64,000 nucleotides of DNA from Haliotis rubra (Eukaryota), in contig NW_025767412.1 in the NCBI RefSeq assembly GCF_003918875.1, forward strand, positions 744,001 through 808,000, written 5' to 3'. Positions 13,581-25,814 of the stretch are shown here, in pieces; position 1 is the first letter of the stretch; every line of letters begins with the position of its first letter. Made by a program: the position numbers and the translations under genes. The notes under the pieces are model-generated. The model was not told where the DNA came from. It made no database searches and saw nothing but the letters and a program-made list of their open reading frames with translations.

Positions 13581-15269
13581 TACAACCAACAATAGTTGAA
13601 TCCATGTAACCTTTGTTATCATAAAAGTGTATCTAATTGTGGTAAATGTTATACAACAAAGAATACCACAGGTTTATATTTTTACACACATTTCAAAAGC
13701 TTTGGAAATAAGTGAATATGTCTTTGTGAAATGTGTCTCGAACTTGCCGGCACCCTGCTAAATTGGCCTGCCGAGGCCTGCCCATTCGCAGAACATATGT
13801 CATCGTCTGAGGTGTGGGGGTAGAACCTGTGCTTGGAGAGTCGAAGATCGGTGGTTCCATAGCCGGCGCTAGGCATTAGGGCATCATTTTTGTAATGTGT
13901 TTCACATAGCCACCAAATTCTGTACATGGGTCGGTCGGTCGGGGAAAAAAAGAGTTAATAAAGACAAAATTATCTGAATAATGTTCTTGATTGTCATTTA
14001 TTGTAATTTTTATTCTTTCGCGTTTTTTGGACTTGTGGCAGCGACTGATTAAAAGATAAACATTTTATATGACGAAGCGGTACGTGTTAGGTTCGAGTCG
14101 GCGGTGTTGGAATGGCAAAAAAGAAGTATTTTGGGGTTGTCGGCAATAAAATTAGAAGGGTCAGTCGGGCGATTAGAAACACGAACAATAAATGTGCTGC
14201 CCTTAAAGGGACTAACAAGGACTGGTCAGCTCCGAGTCCGTGAACTGTGTTTGAGAGGGGTATTCACGCTATCCGGCGGCATGGTATCTCTGACGGATAG
14301 AACCATAAAAACCGTCATTCTTCCAGACCAGAGGGCACACCCACGCGCAAACACGCACCCTCCCGTGCAAGAACAAGCACGAACACAAACGTGTACATGC
14401 TCATCGGTGTAACTGCAATAACATACAACGTGACGTTACCACCCATTAAACACACCTACATGAAAACTGTTCTTTAAGTAAAATATGCCCCAAATCCCAA
14501 AACCATTAGAACGGTCTGACGCACTCATTCCACGGGATGAGAAGATCCTATCTATCTACATCAATTACGGCAGCGGGTTGCACCGATGATGACAAGCAAG
14601 GGGCCTCTAAGTCAAATAGATTCTCCACAATCTTACCACGGCCTTCCAGCAATTGGGATCTGATATAAGATGGCTGGAACCACATCTCTAAAAGTCAGAG
14701 GTCAGGGTATTTGATTGTCTCGGCCGTTTAAATTACAAGTAGAGGCTAGATCCAGCTTGAGCACTTCTTGTAAAAGGTTTAGGCATGTCCTGGGTCCACC
14801 ACTGAGACACAATGCAGGGCTGATATTTCTCCTAGACACGCATACCAATTCCATGACTCCTGAAAATGATCAAGCCTGATGGGAATGTGTTTATCTTACG
14901 AGCTTGTCGGTTTGATCTGAATTTGTACATGTGAATACTCATCAGTGATGTCTATCTTAGAGATTGGAATATTTCGCGAAAAACATGTTGATGAAGGATT
15001 CGGTGATTTTCGTTTATGTGAATTAATATACATTGACGGTACCTCCAGTATAGAATTTTGATCTTTCAACAGTTTGTGTAAAATGCTACTGACTGGCATG
15101 TTTCAGGGAGAAAATGCCCACTAGCAGACAAATCGACTTGGTTCATGTAAATACATGCCAAAGGAATGCGGCATAAGAAATTCGAGAATGTCGTAATTGA
15201 CATGACAATAAAGGCTTCTGTGTCTGCTATCCGTGTGGGTTATGGCACAGTGGGAGGTGTGCACAGTAT

Positions 15270-15485
15270 ATTTGTTTGCTGCTTAACGCCGCCATCGGTA
15301 TTCCCACTATTTGACATCGGTCTGTAAGCATGAAGTCTGGACCAGGCAATTCAGTGATTGACATCAAATGCAGTTAGGATACGATCACCTTGATCAACTA
15401 CGTCTTCAAGCCTGACCATCATAACCAGTTAGTCTCTCTCTTACTCATGCACGGGTCGCTGAGTTCAACTCTGATCCTCACAGGT
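15270..15485 (-). mobile_element. Family B retroposon, diverged
   Basis: GTCTGGACCAGGCAATTCAGTGAT and GCCTGACCATC blocks in family order. Confidence 0.6.
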
Positions 15486-16447
15486 ATACCGTTTCTAAGA
15501 TGTTCGAGTATGTCGACCAAGAAATTCCGATTGGCATGCAATTTTATTATTACAAATATACAACTGTTATACTTTAGTAGAGTGCTTGTTGCTGCCGTGT
15601 GCGTTTCTATTTTCTTGCCTATTGATGTTTATCTATTTGATTTTGAAGTCTGTGGCTAAAGATTGGACCATATCACCCAGGACATTTCTTCTGTTACATG
15701 TTAATATAAACACCCCACCAATGCCACTGTTTCATGGCAAGTCGGAAACGTGACAAACTATACGACTCGTTATTTTATCACACATTTGATTATGCAAGAT
15801 TTTTCCAGTATTTTTGGAAGAAAATAATTCCAACGTGAATGTTCCCGCCCCCGGAAGCTAATGAAAGTCATTGTATTTTCGTGTTGATCTCAGATATCTC
15901 TGTGGTACATCCGACCACACATCGTTACTGCTGTCAAAGCCCCCAGAAGGTTGCGTCTGTAACCATGGACCTGGTGCCATATAGCCGCGAGCTAGTCCCA
16001 CAGACAGGCAACAAACAAGCGATATTGCGAAACTGTGAGAGTCAGCGTGGGCTGTGGTAACGTGAGAAGGAACCCTCACATTTCCACATCACAGATGTGT
16101 GGGACACGATTGCTTATTTGTTTCAAAGCCAATAAAACTATTGATTTGCAAATAATTACGAGATGATATAAAATAAAGAAATGATTTTTAAGTGTATTAA
16201 GTATAATTACGTCTGGGAGAAGAAAGATCTCTTTTTCGATTTAAGAGATTACTAACTCTGCGTACATTTTAAAGTTCAGTTGAGTGTTGAAACTCCTTTC
16301 TGAGCACATACAAAATATAGCATGTTTAGTTTGTTTAGCAGAGATTTCCTGGGTTTTGTCGCTTCTATTGTTAAATGTTCGAAATGTTCATAAACGCTCG
16401 TATCTATATTAACATTAAAAGGGGACTTTACAGACAAATATACCTGG

Positions 16448-17133
16448 GAGTGAGTGAGTGAGTTTAATTTTACGCCGCTCTCAGCAATATTGCATCTATG
16501 TGGCGGCGTTCTGTAAATAATCGAGTCTGTACCAGACAATCCAGTTATCAACAGCATGACCATCAAGGGCTCGATTTAGTGCTTTTTTACTTGCACTGGT
16601 GAACCCAATATTGCAAAGTGCAACCTAGTTATTAGTCTAACTTGCACCAGGTGCAAGTTATTTTTGAGAAATAAATCAACAATAAATCTAACATTACAAG
16701 CATAAATATGTCAGCTCATTTTTTTTCTAAACTTTGAATAGCTATGGCAACGAAACATTGCCATTCATAGACACGTCTCGGCAATGACACCTCAAGATTG
16801 TAAACAGGATTCAGCTGTGTCCCTGTGTTGCTATGGTTTCATGGGTACTACATGACGGAAATATGTTTATGTGCACCGAAACCTCTGATGTTTTAACACA
16901 CTACGTTGCAACTGGAATTTGGCTGGTGCAACTAAGTTTTTTATCTTAGTTGCACCTGGTGCAAGTAGGTTAACATCTCTCAAATCGAGCCCTGCCGGCA
17001 TCGATCTACGCAATTGGAATACGATGACATGCGTCAACCAATTCAGCGACCCTGACCACCCGATCCCGTTAGTCGCCTCTTACGACAGGCAGGGGTTGCT
17101 GAAGATCAATTCTAACCCGGATCTTCATGGGTC
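16448..17133 (-). mobile_element. Family B retroposon (non-tRNA head), full length, interrupted by a MITE
   Basis: Head GACCCATGAAGATCCGGGTTAGAATT..., tail ...AATATTGCTGAGAGCGGCGTAAAATTAAACTCACTCAC; TSD CAAATATA(C/T)CTGG. Confidence 0.85.
16565..16994. mobile_element. hAT-like MITE inserted in a family B retroposon
   Basis: TIRs AAGGGCTCGATTT / AAATCGAGCCCTG; repeated subterminal TTGCAC/GTGCAA motifs; degenerate 8-bp TSD (tgaccatc / ccggcatc); splits a family B copy. Confidence 0.75.
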
Positions 17134-18614
17134 CAAATATATCTGGAAATGGTTATATATAAAATACGTACTAATGATAAATTTATCCGAACATGTTAAA
17201 ATCCGAACGATTATCTCGTAAACAATGTATATTATATAAATCTATTCTATATTGTTTACCTCGAAGTGGTAGTTAAAAGTCGTTTCACAACGGTCGTATG
17301 TCATGTGATTCATCCATTCGTGTATTTTTTATTAAATGTTTTGCAGAGTACACTATTGACAACTTGAATGAGTTTATTAATATCTTAGAGGAGCAAATTC
17401 AGTTGTCATCTGCAGTTGCGGCACTCCTCAAACATATCTTCATTGTCCATATGGGGTTAACGGGGTCGAGCTACACAAATCAGTTCTCTATATAGAACAG
17501 TATTGATATGACGCTGGCGTGTTCAGAATATATTTTAAATCTATCTATATTCATTCCGGCTATCGATCACCCTGTTATCTTATTCATCGACCCATCTTCC
17601 CCTCTGCCCATCCTCCCTTCTTCAATGTTCCGTACATCCTAATTGCAAAATCTGCGGCAATGTCGGTGGGAATTTGGCACGTTGGGTCATCCATATTGCC
17701 CGTCATTTTGACAATCGCCTGTTCCAGACAAGCTGCGTTGTTTGCCATGTAAATATCTCTCTCAGCACCAAACACTTCATCTCAGCTCTAATAGGACCCC
17801 TGGTCGACTTGATGGTTGAAATTGATTAAGTATATAGTAGGGTTGTGGTATTTAACCACACTCTTAAGGGCAAATCTCGTCCTGGAGACGTCATCAGGCT
17901 GCAGTGCCAGTGGTTATCGGCGCTAGCGGGATATCAGTATCACACGACACAGTTCCACATTGCAGGTAACGGTCACAGTGGCCCAACCTCTAAACCAGGG
18001 GATAAAGTTTGCGCACAACCTAATCATAGAGTTATTGCCATTATATGCAACCCATAACGGCTTTCATTTACAAGCTCCATTCGTCCATGGGATGCCTGCC
18101 AATATTTGATGGTATCATGGTTGGGTTGGTTAGAAAGGAGTTCCATGACTTCGAGATAGGTCAAGCGGTTCATTATCAACTGTACCGCATCAGTGCACAA
18201 TGGTCATGGGAACAAACCTTGGGAGTGGTTTGTTAGTAATAGTCTCATCTAGTGTTGATCAGTCTCTGATACTAATTGGTGTCCTCTTGTCGAAGATCAT
18301 ACCGTTTTCTCACATGTATATTAGTTCAAAACAATATAATATTAGGTGCATTTANNNNNNNNNNNNNNNNNNNNNNNNNNNNNNNNNNNNNNNNNNNNNN
18401 NNNNNNNNNNNNNNNNNNNNNNNNNNNNNNNNNNNNNNNNNNNNNNNNNNNNNNNNNNNNNNNNNNNNNNNNNNNNNNNNNNNNNNNNNNNNNNNNNNNN
18501 NNNNNNNNNNNNNNNNNNNNNNNNNNNNNNNNNNNNNNNNNNNNNNNNNNNNNNNNNNNNNNNNNNNNNNNNNNNNNNNNNNNNNNNNNNNNNNNNNNNN
18601 NNNNNNNNNNNNNN

Positions 18615-18700
18615 GTATGTATGTTGGTGTATGTATGTATGTACGTATGTGTGTGTGTGCGTGCGTGCGTGTGTGTGTGTGTGTGTGTGTGTGCGTGTGT
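18615..18700. repeat. (GTAT)n/(GT)n microsatellite abutting gap 18355-18614
   Basis: Directly visible. Confidence 0.9.
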
Positions 18701-19352
18701 ACAGCATGGCTGCAGTATGTAAACAATCCAGCCTGTTTCAGTCAGTCAGACTTACTCGGAGCCTGACTATTTAGTTTCATTTACAAGCATGGCTTGATGA
18801 TGACGAATACTCTTTACGGAGCTTTATAACGTAATAGGTTAACGGAAAATAGATTGGATTGTTGTAACAGAAGCCAGTAACAGAGTTATAATTAGAACTA
18901 CTTTGAGAATACTGAGTGTAACGTAATACCAGTGTTGTGATTGTGTACGTGTTTTGCAATTCTTTTAGCAATATTCCACACTGTTAAAGCGCAGACCAAA
19001 ATGATTAGGTAACACACATTTTGAGGTTTGAAATGGCCCCCGAAACGAGAGCTTTAACCATTAGGCAACCATCACCGTTGTTGTGAGATAATTCGTGGAT
19101 GTTTCTTATCTCCAAACTCAACCAGCAAAAGGGGTTGGCGGAACAAATTGCAAATATAGAAAATCAACTGTTTTCACTAATTGTGTAAATTATTCAACGT
19201 AATTTAAATTGGATTTAAATTACTTCGTAATAGTCTTTAAATCCATTTACAATATAGATATCCGCTCTTTGCATAGGAAACAATTTTGTACTAATCATTT
19301 AACTTTTTAATTTTAATAAATACAGATGAATACAGATGAAGCTGTTTATGGC

Positions 19353-19821
19353 TTGATTTTAATCAACTGGCTTCGACGTAACTATGAGAAAACTTTACGA
19401 GAATAATAGTATTTTCTTATTACATCAGGTTATGAATTTCGACTGCGATGGGAAAAAGTTTAAATGAGAAAACTTAATATTATTTCACATTGGATAGAAT
19501 TTCTGCGAGGATTTGAGATGGGAGACGCAGGAAAAAATACGGACAGCCTTAGAAATGGGTCGATTACAAATATTGCTATACATGAAGATAAAAGAAGACA
19601 GTTGTGAACGGCACAGTGCGGTAACACATTGATACACTATATATCCAGTTATAAAGGAGCATGTTACCACTGAATACACACCGCTACACTTCACTCATAT
19701 CCCCCCGACCCAGACAGGCGTCCATCATCATCAGTGCCCCTTGTATATTTCAAAGGACATACTGTATGTCATACAAAGATTAGTCTATATAGTTACGTCG
19801 AAGCCACTTGATTACAATCAA
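19353..19821. mobile_element. Inverted-repeat-bounded element (putative MITE)
   Basis: TTGATTTTAATCAACTGGCTTCGACGTAACTAT and its near-complement ATAGTTACGTCGAAGCCACTTGATTACAATCAA about 470 bp apart. Confidence 0.6.
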
Positions 19822-21830
19822 TCAAATGTCCATTTTCTCCCTCGGCCGCCGGTTCTCTCGTGACCAGCATGTTTCCATGGTAACTATGATAAACTGATCT
19901 TGTTGGGAATTCATTTCAAAGATAAGCATTTATATCAGCTTTAGGGACGCCATGCTTCCTCCGGCATCAACTGCGTGTAATAGTGGACCGCGCAGTAGGC
20001 AGCGCCGTTTGCAATTAGGATGACAATGGATCGATTTATGGCAAATGAATTGTAAACATTCTATTCAACATATCCATTGCATAACCGGTTCCAAACGTAC
20101 TGTAGAAGACCGACTGGTTAAACTGTTTGGTCAGCGTTTCTTTGCTCACGCGTCCGCCATTGCACTCTTTGGAGAACACGTAGGATTGCATTAAAATCGA
20201 ACTTCAGTGCGTAAATATTCTCTGATCAAAGGTTATTCTTGCCAGCATTATTATCTGTTATAAATTGTGGCCATACTAGGGTTCTCTTGCTTTGTAACTG
20301 ACTTCAAACTATTTCAAAGCATTCTTCAGCCATATATGTCTTGTTAATGTTGACACAAACATGTTCTTCTGGGAACCGTACAAGTAGAAGAAAAATCTCT
20401 TTGATGTTTCTATTTTAAGTTCACATGAAAGTCTGACGAATTAATAACTTTCCTTTTATGCCAGAAAGGTTATGATTTTATCAATAATTTCCATCTCAAC
20501 TAGGTTTCGAGACATGCAAAGCGAATCTTGGGAACAAATTGCACTTCCCACCGATATTATATCTTATGGATACGTTTATGGCGTGAAACGTTCCTCATGC
20601 TATTAACCACTGGTTTGACTACCAGTTTGGATTATTTACAGACCATGGTGGCACAGCTGGGATATTGGTGTGTGCGGGCTGGCTATATCGCAATCGGTTC
20701 TGTGGTAAATCTATGAACAATCTGAAAAACACATATTTAGCAATATACATACATTCATACATCCGCAATCTTGTAATCTAGAAGCCGTTCAGAATACAGA
20801 AAGTAAATAATGGCATTGCAAATAACAGAACACACAAATCACAACCACAAAGCGCATAATCAACTTTACATATGTCCGAGATGGCGGCCATCTTTGATTT
20901 CAGATCACAGGAACATTTGAACATTATGAATAAAATCAGTATTCGGGGCAGTAGTTTCCAATATTCCCGGCTTAATATCAGTATTTATGAATTGACGGAC
21001 AGATAGAAAACTGCATCTCGTAGTATGCAATTAAGAGATCCGTGGCATTAAACATCCTTTTGTGATCATATTACAAGAACGTTATTACTGATACGTTTGC
21101 CAAGCTAATATACCGCCGTATGTTTGCAAACATTGCAATGCAGGCCCGTTAGTTTCCATGGCGTCACCAGGTCCCGATACTTCAGATCAATCACCTGAAC
21201 GATATCAAGAATTAATTATCGGCTTAATTTTGTAGGAGGGTTTATTTCCATAACTATCCCAGTCCTGAAATGTCATTTTCCAATCCTGAATTTATAGTGC
21301 CGTCACAAACAGCGAAGAAGCTAATCTTTCATAATTATTTTGTTAAACTGGCGCGTATGTGAATTGATCCATCGACTGATCGATACTCGTTGTTGCACAC
21401 AGTGCCGTAGCTCCATTTTACATTCAAATGTTTTCTTTGATTATGGAAATTGTGGATAAAGAGATAACCAAGGTAACGTGGCAAAAACGTCCACCTTTCA
21501 TTTCCTGATTTAAAGATGACACTTCAATCAGCTGAAGAAATGCCAAAGCGGAGTCAGACGCGGTGTGGACTCAACCGTTATGCAATACAGGAGGTGATTG
21601 TCAGTCAGGTTTTACACCGCTTTTGATCAATATTTATCCAAAGCAGGGGGATAGATTTACACAACGTACTCATTTGAGGATTCGAACCCATGTCATCATC
21701 TTAATCAGCCAATAAATCAACTGCTTGACCACCTCGTTTATACGCAAAATGTACAACGAGGAACATTAGGACACTGATATCCTGCATACCGAGTGGGTTA
21801 AAACTGCAAAAGGCTTACATACAAATACAG

Positions 21831-22035
21831 CAATGTACACCCATATCCGGTTCGTTATATCTGTCAGTTCGTTATAACCGTATTTCGTTATACGCATTTC
21901 GACAATGTACACCCATATACGGTTCGTTATATCTGTCAGTTCGTTACAACCGTATTTCGTTATACGCATTTTGACAATGTACACCCATATCCGGTTCGTT
22001 ATATCTGTCAGTTCGTTATAAGTGTAGTTTACTGT
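21831..22035. repeat. 72-bp tandem repeat (about 2.7 copies) built from the TTCGTTATA MITE, ending in its terminus
   Basis: CAATGTACACCCATA recurs at 21831, 21903 and 21975; the array ends ...GTTTACTG-TA. Confidence 0.85.
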
Positions 22036-22061
22036 ATTTCTGGCCTGACAGTACTAAATGA

Positions 22062-22183
22062 CTTGTTTGAGTGGCATTTTAGAAGTTGAGACGTACACAT
22101 TTTTATGGATAACAACTTCCTTATTTCGCGAGTGGGACGCTTCGATACAGATTCTTATACCGTTGTCAGCAGGAGTTCTACAT
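22062..22183 (-). mobile_element. Small Penelope-type insertion with degenerate hammerhead-like core
   Basis: 12-bp TSD AGTACTAAATGA (22050-22061, 22184-22195); minus strand CTGACAA-C-GGTATA-agaatc-TGTATC-GAAG-C-GTC, then a tail homologous to 52990-53072. Confidence 0.65.
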
Positions 22184-23211
22184 AGTACTAAATGAAATCA
22201 GAATTGTCTTTTTAGGGCTCTCATACAACAGCCACACACACATGTTGTATATGTAATCATAATATGTGGCATGACTAATGGGGCAGGGGTTGAGCCTTGT
22301 GTGCTACGCTGACGACAGTTATTATCACAGGTAGGTCGGTAATGCCATGTCTTTACACACTGTCCGTCATGGTTATAACATTGGTTATAACATTGCAGTA
22401 TTATAACACATATCCCGCAGATCATACGTCAATAATCGGTCGATGGCTCCTATTAACAGACACAACTGTGATATTGCCAACATCACAGCTTAGTTCTGAC
22501 GTCAACCTAAGCTGTTTTTTTATGTCACAGAAAAAGAACTAAATGCGCATGCGCTTTCTTGGGAATACAGTGACGCCTCAATGCCAGCCATCACATTGCA
22601 AGTCTCAAGATCTTAGGTCGCAGGCGTATTTTTAGGACTTGTTTTGCACAGCCCCGACGCTGTATATACCCATCTTGGGTCACTCTGACTCCAATTGATT
22701 TACAAAAACGTTATGCACAGAAACTTAGATTTGATTTGCTCTTCTTGGCGTTAACTATTGAATTTGTACATTTAAGTTTCCCGATTGGGCCTGGGCTACA
22801 GGCTTATGTCAGCTGATTACGTCACGTGATAGTATTCCCTTTGTAATGGCTGCTAAGTCTTTCATATTATAACTACATATTTCTTATCTTGTTTGGAAGT
22901 TCTGCCTGCCATTTAAATAACACATTATTTCAAAAAAGGAATAGTCTGTTATTGATTTTGGGAAGTGTGCTTTTTGATGGCAACGTTAACTCTATTGCCC
23001 CTTCATCGACATAAACAACGTTGAATTTTGCCACGAATTTTGCTTGTACATAAACGAACATTAATTTCGAGCTACTCTGAATGGATGGGGTGCTAATGTA
23101 TAAGAAAATATCCCGAAACCGTGTCTTCTTATAGAAACATTGTCAAACAACTTTTGTATTATTTACAGAGGAAATCGATTTCAAATTTGGAACATATTCA
23201 CTGGATGATGT

Positions 23212-23330
23212 GTGAGTGAGTATAGTTTTATGCCGCTATTATCAATATTCCTACAGTAATACATCATCAGAAATACCCTGGAGAATCGAACGTGTCGAGC
23301 GAACGCTTTAACCATTAGGCCACCCTTCTG
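23212..23330 (-). mobile_element. Family A SINE, deleted and diverged
   Basis: GAGTGAGTATAGTTTTATGCCGCT...GAATCGAAC...GAGCGAACGCTTTAACCA. Confidence 0.7.
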
Positions 23331-25254
23331 CTCCTAATGTTGGCTGAAGCTATGCCCTGAGGATTCGTGACTCTGAGCAAGGATGATAACAGATGTTCCG
23401 ATATGAACGAAGCCATAGTGCTATATACAGTTTCCTGATGTAGGTTCTGCCAGTCCTCGTTGGTATACAGTAAAGGCTTACTCCGATATATAAATGTTGC
23501 CAGGCTAGAGAGCTGTCCTGTATACAGTTAACTCTGATATGTCAAGTCTACCGGACACAGAGCTAGACTGTACTCAGTCCAAGCAGTCAAGGCAATCCAA
23601 TGGTTGACATGAAAAACGATGACAGTGCATGTTTTTATTAATCACTGTGAAAAAGTTATGGCACCTGGTATTCGGGAAAAGGTGAGCATATCCTGCGTCA
23701 GTATGCTCAAACTACTTCAAGTTACACGATTCCTCAACAGTTTATACTGGAAGCATGCGTGTGAAAGATATTCTGGACATTATCGATCACCTTGCTCATG
23801 CTGTTTGTACGGGGTATTCATGTTGTTTTTAAACATTAAAGCAATGATTTTCCATTCCACTGCATGTAATGATGGTGATGCCATTTTTGCATTTCCCTCT
23901 GAAATGAATAAAGTTTTTTGTCTCACAAGTGCCGGAATGAAACAAACTGGTTGTGGTTTGGAATGGTCACCAGCAAACTATGCTGATTCTGAAAAGGTCA
24001 CAAAGGAATTCTTGCCAAGTTGCAACTTTCACCACAAAGTTTGTATTAATGAAAACACAAGTACAACTGTCCGACTACATATTATAATAATCTTTGGCGA
24101 ACACGACACATTCTCGTCACCGTCTTGAATCACGAGGTGCTCTTATCATTCAGTACACCGGTCTGCTATAAATGATGCGTTTTACCGTGCATTTACTTAG
24201 ATGTCAGACCAAGGTTCTACATCTTTGATTCATCAGACATTAGGTAGGATAACTATTTATTACAGCTGCCGTTTACCTAACCATTTCGTCTGACAGAAAA
24301 ACATGAAGTAGCTTGAAAATTCTGATATGTGGCATTTGCATTGGCGTGCGACAATAGGATGAATAGTTTTCACATTTACGTGATGTAGGTTTGTCTGTAG
24401 TCTGAAGTGGAACAAAAGACGAATTGTTCCTTCGTAACTTGTTGAATAAATCGATATTCTGATGCACATGTCTTCATCATTTCGTTGTATGTGCGTCACT
24501 TCGAGTTTGTGAGACAATCATGTCTGATATCGCTGACATTTTCTAGAGGTAGTGCTACAGGACCATTAACGGGATTAAACAGAGTCATTAATCAAACTGA
24601 TAATAGGTGGTGTATAGCATTACAGTTAACATTAACATCAAATGAGGAAATAAACCTGTGTTTTGAAATAAGAGGTAGTTTACTGTAATTTGATACCTAG
24701 GTTCAATCTGGAAAATGGCGCTTCAGCAGAATACACGACTTTAGTAAGGACATGGGGATATATGTGACATACTTGTTGTGTATGTTTGATTTGATTCTGT
24801 GTTCTGAACTATTCTGAAACAGATTAGGTCATGTTTGACAAGCTATGTGTAAATGGTTGCGCACGGTGTTGTAGTGTGTGACAAAATATCTGGTAATTGT
24901 TAGAGACCAACCTACAATTCTTATGAGTCACCGATAGCTTTTGTTTGTTGTATCGATGCGTAGTCTTTGTATGTTAAATTTGATTTATTGTTAGAATTGG
25001 ATACTGATTTTAATCTTATTTTGGCCAAGAATCGAGCGTCGTCCGTGGCTGATACAATTAATACGTAATTAGCTGATGCTACAAAGTGATTAGTTATAAT
25101 AGTAACATGAAAGACAATGATCTCATGTGATAACATTACGAGTTGATAACATAATGATTAATGTTAATGCGATAACATTACGAGATGATGTAACCAGTGG
25201 TGCTATGCAATAATCACAACCGAGAAAAGTTTTTCCATATTCATAACAATGGGT

Positions 25255-25460
25255 TAGATCCTGATTAGAATTGGTCTACAGCAACCCATGTTTGTCTTAA
25301 GAGGTGACTAACGGGATCGGGTGGTCAGGCCCGCTGACTTGGTCGATGCTCATGCTGTCGATCACTGGATTGTCTGGTCCAGACTCGATTATTTACAGAA
25401 CGCCGCCATGTAGCTGGAATATTGCCTAATGCGGCGTTAAACAACAAACCAACCAACAAA
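25255..25460 (+). mobile_element. Family B retroposon
   Basis: TTAGAATTGGTCTACAGCAACCCATG...GACTAACGGGATCGGGTGGTCAGG...GCTGGAATATTGCCTAATGCGGCGTTAAACAAC. Confidence 0.82.
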
Positions 25461-25650
25461 GCAATAATAAAAATGTCTTCTGAAAGCAAAGTCGACCGCT
25501 CGATTCCGACGCTATCACGATCATGTGTTTTTAAATAACTCTCAACGTACGATACCCGGCGTTCGCGAATAGGTCAGCATATCCCCCACTACTCCCGAAC
25601 CCCCAGCCCTGTCCCAAATACATGTCTAACTATCACCTGAACAAACGCAG

Positions 25651-25814
25651 AGGACCGGTGGGGTAGCCTTGTTTAAAGCGTTCGCTCGTCACGTCGAAGG
25701 CCCGGGTTCGATTCTCCGGATGGGTACAATGTGTGAAGCCCATTTCTGATGTTCCACGCCGTGATATTGCTGGAATACTGCTAAAAGCGGCGTAAAAGCA
25801 AACTCACTCACTCA
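25651..25814 (+). mobile_element. Family A tRNA-derived SINE, full length
   Basis: Complete head, body and tail; TSD CTGAACAAAC(G/A)CAG. Confidence 0.9.

Noticed and set aside
18150-18172. EPLDLS (CtBP-binding-like motif) on the minus strand
   Set aside because: Lies between stop codons with no supporting ORF; could be chance or part of the decayed element near 17.6-18.3 kb.
18200-18774. ORFs of 120-190 aa (likewise at 49039-49485 and 63496-63953)
   Set aside because: Open only because they cross N gaps or (GT)n.
21831-22035. CRISPR-like regular repeats
   Set aside because: Units are contiguous with no unique spacers; eukaryotic context.
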